NCBI GenBank assembly: GCA_001784175.1
Contig: MFPR01000027.1
Coordinates: forward strand, 45,167 to 93,214
DNA: 48,048 bases
Source: Candidatus Lindowbacteria bacterium RIFCSPLOWO2_12_FULL_62_27
GTDB lineage: Bacteria > Lindowbacteria > 2-12-FULL-62-27
Reading direction: 5' to 3'
The position numbers were made by a program, and so were the translations under genes. The notes under the pieces were generated by a model. It was given only the letters and a program-made list of their open reading frames with translations, made no database searches and had not been told where the DNA came from. How positions within the stretch are numbered: position 1 is the first letter of the stretch; each line of letters starts with the position of its first letter. This document shows positions 20,814-29,952 of the stretch, in pieces.

Positions 20814-22168
20814 TTCAAGACCTTCCAATGTCCACCTTTGGCTGCGCCGATGCGTTGCACATACCCATGCGACTTCAAATACTGGATGTTCTTTTCCACC
20901 GCCGTTGTGCTGAATTTCAGCATACTCGCCAGTTTGGTCAGCGTGATTTTTGGGTTATCCTGCATTGCGCGCACAATGGCTGTGCGGGTTTCACCCAACT
21001 TTTCACCCAACTTTTCTCCCGACGATACCCCTGCAGTATCGGCCGCAAGCGCCGCCGGCAGATGCGCGGGGTTGGCATGAAACGTCAACATGAGTCCCGA
21101 CATTTCAAAATCATAGAGAGGCGGCTCTATGCCGTGCTCCCGGCACTCCCGGCGAATTTTTTCGATGCCCCGTCCCCAGGATTCTATATACCCGGCTCTG
21201 AAAAATGCGTTGGCCAGGAGCGGATTGGGTGGGTTCGACGGATGCTTACCCAACAGACGCTTCAGCGTCCACCCTTCCGGAAGTCGCCCGGGGTTCCACA
21301 GAACGATTCTGTCGTCATACACGCTGATCTGGATCGGCGCACCGACGCTGTAGTCCTTGTGAACGATGGCGTTCAGCAGAGCTTCACGCATTGCACCATG
21401 AGGGAATAAAAAGATCTCGCGGCGTTGAATGCCCTCGTAACTGATATATGCCTTCAAGTACTTCGTGTGCAGAATCTCCAAGGTTTTCTCGACTTGATTA
21501 AACAGATTCCCGTGAATTTCGTCCTGATAGCGGAGGTCGTCGTCGGTGACGAAAAAGCCGATCTTGATCCATGCACCGCTGACATAACGCTCCGGCCAGT
21601 CGGAAAACAGCAGACACGCGGCGCGTTTGAGGTGGCGCTTCTCCGACAATTCCAGATTCTCGAGGATGACCGCGCGGCTGTCCCGCAACACGGCCCGATC
21701 CATGCGGCCGCTGCGGGCGGCCTTCTGCTTGAAAAGCCGAAGCGCAGTATTGCTGCAATCTTCGAATGAAAATGCGGGTTCAGGCACGCCATCCCAATGG
21801 CGTCCGCGCTTCTTCAACAAGAACCGATCGAGCGACGCGCCCTTCAACTCCTGCTTGGTACTGCCGCTACGGTAGTGGTACTCGCCCTTGTAGCTGACCG
21901 GATACGGATAGGGCTCGACGGCGATCTCCAGCGTCTCCTTGCCCGACTCCTCGCGCAGGTTCACATCCACCATGATGCCGAGAATATCGCGCACCTTGTT
22001 TGGAATGTCTTCGAGCAGTTTGGCCGCATTCTTGACCCCGACGGCCTTGCCCCGGTTGTTGCGGCCGATGATCAGTACCCCGCCTTCGGCATTGGCGAAG
22101 CCGCATATCCAGCGCAGATACTCGTCGCGCCATGTCTCTTTCCATTCAGTCTTCTGGCTCTCCTTCAT
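20810..22168 (-). CDS. AlbA_2/Schlafen-like domain + HATPase_c_4 (RecG-C-like) + wHTH putative transcriptional regulator
   Basis: ESQKTEWKE..ICGFANAEGGVLIIG, REALLNAIVHKDY, NPLLANAFFRAGYIESWGRGI, C-terminal HTH ...RIGAAKGGHWKV. Confidence 0.85.
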   Translation of the reverse strand: MKESQKTEWKETWRDEYLRWICGFANAEGGVLIIGRNNRGKAVGVKNAAKLLEDIPNKVRDILGIMVDVNLREESGKETLEIAVEPYPYPVSYKGEYHYRSGSTKQELKGASLDRFLLKKRGRHWDGVPEPAFSFEDCSNTALRLFKQKAARSGRMDRAVLRDSRAVILENLELSEKRHLKRAACLLFSDWPERYVSGAWIKIGFFVTDDDLRYQDEIHGNLFNQVEKTLEILHTKYLKAYISYEGIQRREIFLFPHGAMREALLNAIVHKDYSVGAPIQISVYDDRIVLWNPGRLPEGWTLKRLLGKHPSNPPNPLLANAFFRAGYIESWGRGIEKIRRECREHGIEPPLYDFEMSGLMLTFHANPAHLPAALAADTAGVSSGEKLGEKLGETRTAIVRAMQDNPKITLTKLASMLKFSTTAVEKNIQYLKSHGYVQRIGAAKGGHWKVLK

Positions 22169-23355
22169 ACCAACCTCGTCTTCCCAGTCAGTAATTCCTG
22201 CATCATCCCCTGCTTGAGCGCGCGGGTTTTGTCGCGTTTCCGCTCCACCGCCGCGATCCCGGCGTCCATGTCGGAAAGCACGGCGGCGATGGCGGTTTGT
22301 TCGGGGATGGATGGCAATGAAATCGGGAGTTGCGCATACTCGTTACCATTGATTCCAGGTTGCCCGCTGCGCATCGACATTAGTCGCACCCAATTCCAGT
22401 AAGCATCAGTGGTTGCATACGCAGCCAAGAAAGCGGGTATGAGGATCGCGGGATCAGGCCGAACACGGATAAGAAAACCAGCGAACACCAAACGACCATC
22501 CAGCGGGTTATATAAATAGGATTTGCCTACGCTCGCACCTGTCCTCGCAAAAACGAGATCACCGTCGCCGAGGTAGTAATTGCCGGCATTCGCAGCCCTG
22601 ACTGAGACAAGCTTCTCAGGAGAGAAACGACTATCTTCAGAAATGTCAGTAATCCGAATGTAGGCGGGCAGCCTGTCCGAAAATGGAACGGCAGGCGCAT
22701 TGATTCCATAGTCGGGGCGTGAGATCAGACAGTCCCCCAACCGTTTCACCTCCCACTCCCCGCTGAAACCCGGCAGGCGTTTTTTGCCGGTAAGGAGTTC
22801 CTGCATGGCGGCCTGTTTGAGGTCGCGCTTCTTGGCGATGAGTTTGTCCAGCGACGCAATCAGTGCGTCCACATCCGACAACGCCTCGGCGATGGCTTCT
22901 TGCTCGGCTTTCGTAGGCGGGAGGGCGATCTTCATTTCGGTCAACGTGCCTCGCGTGATGTATGGTGTATTGCCGGCATTCACCTCAACCCGAATTCTTT
23001 CAGAGAGATTCCGCCCCATGTAATGCTGAACGTATTTGATCGAGTCCACGAAACCCGACAGCACATAAGTACGCTGATACGCGTTGAACTTTCCCTTGTA
23101 GTAATGGATGTATCCCACGTTCGCGCCATTTCCTGAAACAAGGAGCGCTTCGGTATCAAAAGCGTAGGTGTCGATTTGGTAATAGTCTCTCGCGCAGGTA
23201 TAAAAGTTGTATTGACCATTTGGCGTCATAGCGTTTACATCAAGTTTGCCGGTCGTAACTTGGGTGCATGTAGTTCCAAGTTCGGCGACCACCCACTCCT
23301 CCGGAATCACGCCGACCTCGGTTTGCTTGTATCCTTTCGGCACGGTTCCGGTCAT
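22165..23355 (-). CDS. hsdS: Type I RM specificity subunit S (system 1)
   Basis: GYKQTEVGVIPEEW, two AT-richer TRDs, and two conserved EQ.AIA..LSD.D...KQ..MQELLTGK.RL repeats. Confidence 0.93.
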   Translation of the reverse strand: MTGTVPKGYKQTEVGVIPEEWVVAELGTTCTQVTTGKLDVNAMTPNGQYNFYTCARDYYQIDTYAFDTEALLVSGNGANVGYIHYYKGKFNAYQRTYVLSGFVDSIKYVQHYMGRNLSERIRVEVNAGNTPYITRGTLTEMKIALPPTKAEQEAIAEALSDVDALIASLDKLIAKKRDLKQAAMQELLTGKKRLPGFSGEWEVKRLGDCLISRPDYGINAPAVPFSDRLPAYIRITDISEDSRFSPEKLVSVRAANAGNYYLGDGDLVFARTGASVGKSYLYNPLDGRLVFAGFLIRVRPDPAILIPAFLAAYATTDAYWNWVRLMSMRSGQPGINGNEYAQLPISLPSIPEQTAIAAVLSDMDAGIAAVERKRDKTRALKQGMMQELLTGKTRLV

Positions 23356-24494
23356 GCTGGCGACCTTGCGCGGAGTCTGCGTTCGATCACTCGTTTCAAC
23401 TGCTCGCGTTTGGGCAGGTGAAGCTGATATTTGGAGACGAAGAGTTTGTTGTCCATGCCGGCCAGGGCGTACTCGGCGAGGGCGTGGTCCTTTTTGGCGC
23501 AGAGCAGGATGCCAACGGGCGGGTTGTCGCCTTTGGCCATGACGTTTTTGCGGTACCACGTCACGTAGGTGTTGAGCTGGCCGATGTTTTCGTGGCTGAA
23601 TTCCTCCAGCTTCAGTTCAATCAGCACATGACACTTGAGGACGCGGTGGTAGAAGACGAGATCCACGAAACCATGCGTATCGCCGATGAGGATGCGTTTC
23701 TGTCGGGACTCGAAACAGAAGCCGTGGCCCAGTTCCAGAAGAAACTCCTGCAACCGGTCCAGCAGTTGGTCTTCCAGATGCGACTCGCCCATGACCTCTC
23801 TCGGTTTCAAGCCGAGGAACTCAAAGATGTAGGGGTCGCGGATGTTCAAGCGCGGTTCGGATTTTTCCGCTCCTCGTCTGGCCAGCGCAGCCAGCTTCTT
23901 CCTGTCGCGGGACAGGCCGGACCGCTCGAAATAGAGCGACGCGATCTGGCGCCGGAGTTCGCGCACCGACCAGCCGCCCTGAACGCATTCGGCCTCGTAA
24001 AAGGCGCGTTTGTGCTTGTCGTCGATTGCGACCAATTGCTCGATGTGCGTGTAAGAGACCTGCTGGAGAAACCCTTTCTTGAAAACCTGAGATTGTGCGG
24101 TCAGTGACCGCACTTTCCCGGACTTGGCGCCGCCTCCATCCGGCAGAAGGAGTTGGAATTGTGCGGGCAGTGACCGCAGAATTTGAGGATAGACTTGGTA
24201 AAATCGGAGGTACTGGTAAAGCTGGCGTTTTCCGCAGGCGCTGACATTCGACGTTTCCAGTTCAACCGACAGCTTCGCAAACAGCTCACTTCCATATTTT
24301 GCCCGGTCGGCGCCACGCAGTTCATATTCGGCGATGTAACATCCGATCAGCCAATTGCGCATGGTCAGAGCGATGTTGACCGCGCGGCCGGCCTGCGCGG
24401 CCAGATTGTCATGAACAGCGCGGATAGACTTGACGAGTTCGGCAAAGGTGAGACGCGCCCGGCCGGCAATCGCGGATTTATTTGGTTTCGTCAC
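23352..24494 (-). CDS. YhcG/DUF1016 family PD-(D/E)XK nuclease
   Basis: RNWLIGCYIAEYE...RAKYG, WSVRELRRQI, IRDPYIFEFL, FLLELGHGFCF, VDLVFYHR..KCHVLIELK, DNPPVGILLC. Confidence 0.92.
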   Translation of the reverse strand: MTKPNKSAIAGRARLTFAELVKSIRAVHDNLAAQAGRAVNIALTMRNWLIGCYIAEYELRGADRAKYGSELFAKLSVELETSNVSACGKRQLYQYLRFYQVYPQILRSLPAQFQLLLPDGGGAKSGKVRSLTAQSQVFKKGFLQQVSYTHIEQLVAIDDKHKRAFYEAECVQGGWSVRELRRQIASLYFERSGLSRDRKKLAALARRGAEKSEPRLNIRDPYIFEFLGLKPREVMGESHLEDQLLDRLQEFLLELGHGFCFESRQKRILIGDTHGFVDLVFYHRVLKCHVLIELKLEEFSHENIGQLNTYVTWYRKNVMAKGDNPPVGILLCAKKDHALAEYALAGMDNKLFVSKYQLHLPKREQLKRVIERRLRARSPA

Positions 24495-26905
24495 GACCTG
24501 AACCCCATCTTCTTCAGATGCCCGTCCACCCGGGCGGAGAGCGTCTCAACTTCCTTCGTGATTTCCAGGAGCGGTGAGGCGTAGCGGTCGGCCAGTTCCC
24601 TCACGCGCTGGGTGAGGGCCTGACTGACGCGGTCCATCTCCCCGTGAATGGCGGCATCGAGGGCGGTGAGCCATTTGTCGTCTACGACCAGCATCTTAAT
24701 CTCGGCCTCGGCAAGTTTGGGGTATTTGGCGCAGGCCTTCGCATCCAGATCGGCGGCGGCCTCTTTGTGGCGTTTCTTGAGGTCGGATTCCCGGTTGCTG
24801 AATTCCAGCCACGCATTCAACACGGCGGCTTCGTCCTTGGCATCCTTGTCGTCCTTGATCTCCTTCAACCGGGCGGCGACGCTGGCCTTGTTCACCTTGT
24901 CGAGATCGGCGAAGGCGCCCTCCTCACCGCCGTGTTCTTCCTCCAACTCGGCGATCTTGGCGGTGACGCTTTCCAGCTCGGCGGCGAGTTGGTCAATCGC
25001 CTCCTGCTCCTTCGCGTAGTAGCGGGCGACGATGAGAGACTTTGGGATCAGATCGCAGGTCCAGCCCTTGTCCACCTGTTTCCCCGGTTTGCCGTCCTTA
25101 TCTTTCCTGGTCTCGATAACCCGGTAGGTCTCGGCTTTCCATCCGTCAGCGGCGATGAGGTAGCAGTCGTCCTGCATGGTCTCGGTCCAATAGTCCATCA
25201 GGCGTTGATAGACATCGTAGGGATCGATGAGTGGCTTGCCGGCGTAGTGGACGAGCAGGTCCTCGGCAAGGTCAGCGATAAGTTTCTTCGGATGGAATCC
25301 AATTTTCAATTGCCGCAGGGCCTTGGCGTTTTTTTGCCGCCATGTGTCGAAGTGGGCGTTCATGTTCGCGGCAAAGGCGACGAATTCCGGGTGCTCGAAG
25401 ATTCTGGATTTGATGGCGGCCTTCTCCACGGCAAGGTCGATGTAGCTGACACGATTTTTTTTAAACAGGGTTTGTCGGAGCCTGGGGCAGACGGCCCAAT
25501 ATCGATCGAGGGCATCCACATCGCGAATCGGGATTCCGCCTTTTAGATGGCCTTCAATATCTTGAATGTCCTCGGGCGTCTGGCTGTCGATATAGCGCGG
25601 CAGGTTGAGGTTGAACTCGTTCTTCTCGATCTCCTCGACGCCGACCATGCGCGCAAAGCGGGGCACATCGAGCCGCCGCGTGAAGACGTCCACGATCTTG
25701 TGGATGTCCCGGGCGCGCAAGCGATTCTTGGGGCCGTCCTTCATGAAGCCGCCGCTCGCGTCGATCATGAAGATGCCCTTGCGGGCCGGCGCGTCCTTCT
25801 TGTCGACGACCACGATGCAGGCGGGGATGCCGGTGCCGTAGAAGAGGTTGGCGGGCAGGCCGATGATGCCCTTGATGTACCCCTTGCGCACAAGAGCGCG
25901 ACGGATGTCGGCCTCGGCATTGCCGCGAAAGAGCACGCCGTGCGGCAAGATGCACGCGCCTTTGCCGGTGCTCTTGAGCGAGCGGACGATGTGCAGGAGG
26001 TACGCGTAGTCGCCCTGCTTGGCGGGCGGCGTGCCGAATGGCGCAAAGCGCTGGTATGGGTCCTTCAGCGGGTCGATTCCGGTGCTCCAGCGTTTGTCGG
26101 AAAATGGCGGGTTTGCAACGACGTAGTCGAATGTCTTGAGGGTGTCGCCGTCCTTGAAGAGCGGTGTTGCCAGCGTGCTGTGTCCCCCCTGAATCAGGGC
26201 CGTCGGATTGTCGTGCAGGATCATGTTCATCCGGGCGAGACCCGCCGTCGCCACGTCTTTCTCCTGCCCGTAAAGCGTGACGGCGGTGCCGGCCTCGTCG
26301 CCCACCTTCAAGAGCAGGGAGCCGGAGCCGCAGGTGGGATCATAAACGGTGGTGGCGGCGCTGGTCTTCGCATCGCGGATGCCGATAATCTGCGCCATGA
26401 TCCGGCTGACCTCGGCCGGCGTGTAGAACTGTCCCTTGCTCTTGCCGCTCTCGGTGGCGAAGTGCCGCATGAGATATTCGTAGGCATCGCCGAGGATGTC
26501 GTCGCCTTCGGCGCGGTTTTTCGAGAAGTCGAGCGCCTTGTTCTCGAAGATGGCGATGAGATGGGTGAGCCGCTCGACCTTCTCCTTGCCGCTGCCCAGT
26601 TTAGTGGCATCATCGAAGTCCGGCATGTCGGACAGATTGTTGGCCTTGGCCAACGGTCCGATGATTTTCTTATTGATCTGATCGCCAATGTCGCTTTTGC
26701 CCTTCAGCGCCACCATGTCCTTGAAGCCCGCGCCCTTCGGGATCGTGATCGGCGCGTAAGGTTGACCGGCGTATTTATCGCTGACGTACTTGATGAACAG
26801 GAGGACGAGGACGTAGTCCTTGTACTGGCTGGCATCCATGCCGCCGCGCAGTTCATCGCAGCTCGACCAGAGGGATGAATAGAGTTCGGATTTCTTGATG
26901 GGCAT
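24491..26905 (-). CDS. hsdM: Type I RM methyltransferase subunit M (system 1, N6-adenine)
   Basis: KKSELYSSLWSSCDELRGGMD, GQFYTP, YDPTCGSG (motif I), ANPPF (motif IV), LPHGVLFRG. Confidence 0.96.
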   Translation of the reverse strand: MPIKKSELYSSLWSSCDELRGGMDASQYKDYVLVLLFIKYVSDKYAGQPYAPITIPKGAGFKDMVALKGKSDIGDQINKKIIGPLAKANNLSDMPDFDDATKLGSGKEKVERLTHLIAIFENKALDFSKNRAEGDDILGDAYEYLMRHFATESGKSKGQFYTPAEVSRIMAQIIGIRDAKTSAATTVYDPTCGSGSLLLKVGDEAGTAVTLYGQEKDVATAGLARMNMILHDNPTALIQGGHSTLATPLFKDGDTLKTFDYVVANPPFSDKRWSTGIDPLKDPYQRFAPFGTPPAKQGDYAYLLHIVRSLKSTGKGACILPHGVLFRGNAEADIRRALVRKGYIKGIIGLPANLFYGTGIPACIVVVDKKDAPARKGIFMIDASGGFMKDGPKNRLRARDIHKIVDVFTRRLDVPRFARMVGVEEIEKNEFNLNLPRYIDSQTPEDIQDIEGHLKGGIPIRDVDALDRYWAVCPRLRQTLFKKNRVSYIDLAVEKAAIKSRIFEHPEFVAFAANMNAHFDTWRQKNAKALRQLKIGFHPKKLIADLAEDLLVHYAGKPLIDPYDVYQRLMDYWTETMQDDCYLIAADGWKAETYRVIETRKDKDGKPGKQVDKGWTCDLIPKSLIVARYYAKEQEAIDQLAAELESVTAKIAELEEEHGGEEGAFADLDKVNKASVAARLKEIKDDKDAKDEAAVLNAWLEFSNRESDLKKRHKEAAADLDAKACAKYPKLAEAEIKMLVVDDKWLTALDAAIHGEMDRVSQALTQRVRELADRYASPLLEITKEVETLSARVDGHLKKMGFRS

Positions 26906-26908
26906 GGA

Positions 26909-27496
26909 TTACCCCATACCTTTTATCCCAGGCCCAAACCGGCGGCGGTTTTCAATGACTTTCCTGCCGGCGGCCGTTGTGCGGTATCGCTGGAGGCGGC
27001 TGTTGGGTTTGTCGGGGATCGTGTATTCGATCAGACCGGTTTGCAACGCGGGCTGAAGATATTTTTCAATGAAGTGCATCTTATCCACAAGCTCCACGAT
27101 TGCCTGAAGTTCTTCCCGCGATTTTTCCTTCACAGCAGCCTTGAGAAGTTTTCCGACTGTAGGGGTGACTGTAGGGGCGACTGTAGGGGCGACTTGCGGG
27201 GTCTTCTTCGTCTCCGCTTTCCGGAATCGTACAACAAACGATGTGCCTCGCTCCTCAAACTCCGGGCCGGGAATGCCCGCCTCCCGACAAAGCCTGACGA
27301 TCTTCATCGTGCCCTGGCCAAACCTCTCGATGAGGCCGACGTAGAAGAAGGCCGTCGCGATCAGTTTGTTCCGAGGAAGGGATTCATGAGTGCGTTTCAG
27401 GTCGCGGATCGAAAGTCCCGGATGCAGTCGCCCGGGATTCCAGATTTCGAGCGCATGGTCAAAAATCCGGAGCATCACGTTCCCCGTGGACGTGTA
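26909..27496 (-). pseudogene. 5'-truncated ATP-binding regulator fragment (HATPase_c_4 + Fic-associated HTH C-terminus)
   Basis: Begins at YTSTGNVMLRIFDHALEIWNPG, i.e. just after the family HRD motif, with no upstream AlbA domain; then PRNKLIA..F...GLIERFGQG and TIPDKPNSRLQRYRTT. Confidence 0.7.
27154..27201. repeat. 12-bp in-frame tandem repeat x4 (YGACTGTAGGGG-like), encoding PQVAPTVAPTVTPTV
   Basis: cgactgtagggg tgactgtagggg cgactgtagggg cgacttgcgggg read directly from the sequence. Confidence 0.85.
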
Positions 27497-27566
27497 TGGG
27501 GGCAAGGTGGTTATTCAAACGATGATTGACAGTGACACATTGACCGCCCAGCGCGTCATTGATTTT

Positions 27567-29951
27567 ATGCTGGAGATGGATCAGGAATTGGAACAGGCTC
27601 GACTTGAAATCGAAAAACTGAGAAATGAGAACGTAGAACTTCGGAAGATGCTGGAATTGCCGGCCACCGAATCACAACCCCATCTTGAAATGGGCATTCG
27701 CGAAGTCGTGCTCGATTCCAAGCCATTGCCCTCAATGACAAAAGATTCGCCCACAAAAGAAAAAATCGCGTTGTTCCGGATGCTCTTCAGAGGCAGGGAC
27801 GATGTATATGCGCTCCGTTGGGAGAATGAGCGAACAGGCAAGAGAGGTTATTCCCCGGTGCGCGAGGGAGGGGCGGTCGGGAAAGCGGCGAAATCCAAAA
27901 AATATTTGCCGTTGACGGATCAAGCCGTCCAGTACCATTTGTCGGGTGAGAAGACGATTGGCGTCTATCCGCTGCTCTTGGACAATACCTGCTGGTTTCT
28001 TGCGTGTGATTTTGACAAAGAGGGGTGGACGCTGGACGCACTCGCGTATCTGAATGTTTGCAATCGATATGGACTGCCTGCCTATCTGGAGCGTTCCCGG
28101 TCGGGCAATGGCGGCCATGTGTGGACCTTTTTCTCGTCACCCGTTTCAGCGACTTCGGCCAGGCAGTTGGGTATGAGATTGCTTCGGGAAACAATGGTTG
28201 TGCGCGGCGAGATGGACCTTGCCAGTTACGATCGATTTTTCCCGAATCAGGATTTTGTCCCCAAAGGCGGGTTTGGAAATCTCATCGCCCTGCCGCTCCA
28301 GAAAAAATGCCGGCGGCTTGGGAACACGGAATTCGTAAACCCCCACGATGCTGACCTCCGGCCATGGTCGGACCAGTGGGGATTTCTCAGCCAAGTCAAA
28401 AGGCTGTCCTCCGTTCATGTTGATGCCCTGCTTGAAAAAATTCCGCCGATCTCCGTCGGATTGGGATCCACGGCCAAGGTTTCCGCTGAATTGTCTCGAA
28501 AATATCCTGCTCCGCCCAAGATTCGCTGCACGTTTGCCAGTGCATTCAGTATCGAAAAATCCGGCGTCCCACCTTGGCTTCTCTCACAGATCAAGCATCT
28601 CGCGTCACTTCATAATCCTGAATTCTACCGGCGCCAGAAATTGAGACTGGAGACATATCGGACGCCAAGATTTGTCAAATGCTACGGCGAAGACATGAGT
28701 CACCTTCACCTGCCGCGCGGGGCGCTGGATGATCTGCAAGGGATATTCGCCGAAGCCAATTCGGAGATGGACATCATCGATCGCCGCCCCAGATTTGAAA
28801 AATTGGATATGCACTTCCAAGGATCGCTCAGACCTGAGCAGGAGAAAGCTCTGCATGCCGCCTTGTCACACGATATGGGCGTTCTGATTGCGCCGCCGGG
28901 AGCGGGCAAGACGGTCATGGGATGCTTTGCCGTTGCAACGCGGAGCGTGCCGACGCTGATATTGGCCCACCGAAAGCCCATCCTCGATCAATGGCGGACA
29001 CATTTGATGGAACACTTGGGACTGAAATCGAAGGAAATCGGGCAGATCGGCGGAGGCAGAAAGCGATTGAGCCGGCTTGTGGATCTGGCGATGATCCAGA
29101 GTCTCGAACGGATGGAGGATATGGAGGATTTATTTTCTCAATACGGATTCATTGTCGTCGACGAATGCCAGCACATCCCGGCTTATACATTTGAAAGATG
29201 CGTCAAGAAGGCCGCAGCGCGCTACATCCTCGGCCTCACAGCGACACCCCACCGCCGTGACGGATTGCAAGGGATAATCGAGATGCAGTGCGGTCCGATC
29301 CGCTACCGGATGCCGGCGGCGAAAAACGGCATGACCGTTCATTTGATCGAGAGGTCGACAAAATTTTCATACCCCTCGGCCGATCTCTCGGCTCCGGCCA
29401 TACAGGACATTTTTGGCGCTCTGGTCAAAGACGATCTCCGAAATGCGTTGATCATGGAAGATGTCCGGCAGGCGCTGTCACAGAAGGGGCATTGCCTGAT
29501 TCTGACTCACAGAAAAGAACATTGCCGAATACTTGCGGAGGGGCTGGCCGGATCCGGCGCAAATCCATTTGTGCTGACCGGCGATTTGGGCAAGAAAGAA
29601 CGGACGGCCATCATCAAGGCGATTCAGAATTTGCCTGTCGATGGAGAATTCATCATCGTTGCCACAGCCCAGTACCTCGGCGAGGGATTCGACTGCCCGC
29701 AGGTCGACACCCTCTTCCTGGCATTCCCCATTTCGTTCAAGAGCAATCTGGTTCAATACGTCGGAAGATCACTGCGAACCTGTGAGGGCAAAGAGAGCGT
29801 CCAGATTTATGACTATGTGGACACCGAAGTGCCGGTGCTCAAGAGAATGTCCGCCAAGCGCGTCAAGGCTTATAAATCTCTCGGGATTGGCGTAGATGAC
29901 GACGAGGTATCTTCGCGAGAATACACTTTGCCCATGCCGGCGGGGCGCTGA
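27567..29951 (+). CDS. AEP primase-like (TOTE-conflict-system type) domain fused to SF2 DEAD/DEAH (ResIII-like) helicase
   Basis: KIALFRMLFRGRDDVYA, GVYPLL..TCWFLACDFD, ERSRSGNGGHVW, DRFFPNQD..PKGGFGNLIALPLQ; helicase APPGAGKT, VDECQH, GLTATP, GEGFDCP, QYVGR. Start uncertain (27522, 27567 or 27576). Confidence 0.85.
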   Translation: MLEMDQELEQARLEIEKLRNENVELRKMLELPATESQPHLEMGIREVVLDSKPLPSMTKDSPTKEKIALFRMLFRGRDDVYALRWENERTGKRGYSPVREGGAVGKAAKSKKYLPLTDQAVQYHLSGEKTIGVYPLLLDNTCWFLACDFDKEGWTLDALAYLNVCNRYGLPAYLERSRSGNGGHVWTFFSSPVSATSARQLGMRLLRETMVVRGEMDLASYDRFFPNQDFVPKGGFGNLIALPLQKKCRRLGNTEFVNPHDADLRPWSDQWGFLSQVKRLSSVHVDALLEKIPPISVGLGSTAKVSAELSRKYPAPPKIRCTFASAFSIEKSGVPPWLLSQIKHLASLHNPEFYRRQKLRLETYRTPRFVKCYGEDMSHLHLPRGALDDLQGIFAEANSEMDIIDRRPRFEKLDMHFQGSLRPEQEKALHAALSHDMGVLIAPPGAGKTVMGCFAVATRSVPTLILAHRKPILDQWRTHLMEHLGLKSKEIGQIGGGRKRLSRLVDLAMIQSLERMEDMEDLFSQYGFIVVDECQHIPAYTFERCVKKAAARYILGLTATPHRRDGLQGIIEMQCGPIRYRMPAAKNGMTVHLIERSTKFSYPSADLSAPAIQDIFGALVKDDLRNALIMEDVRQALSQKGHCLILTHRKEHCRILAEGLAGSGANPFVLTGDLGKKERTAIIKAIQNLPVDGEFIIVATAQYLGEGFDCPQVDTLFLAFPISFKSNLVQYVGRSLRTCEGKESVQIYDYVDTEVPVLKRMSAKRVKAYKSLGIGVDDDEVSSREYTLPMPAGR

Positions 29952-29952
29952 A

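Noticed and set aside
20989-21020. 12-bp repeat encoding GEKLGEKLGE
   Set aside because: Short peptide-repeat linkers before the HTH are usual in this ATPase-HTH family; not a CRISPR or regulatory array.
25455-25462. Homopolymer T8 (A8 on the coding strand) in hsdM1 as a phase-variation tract
   Set aside because: Short, in frame (FKKN), and no sign of slippage can be seen from one sequence.
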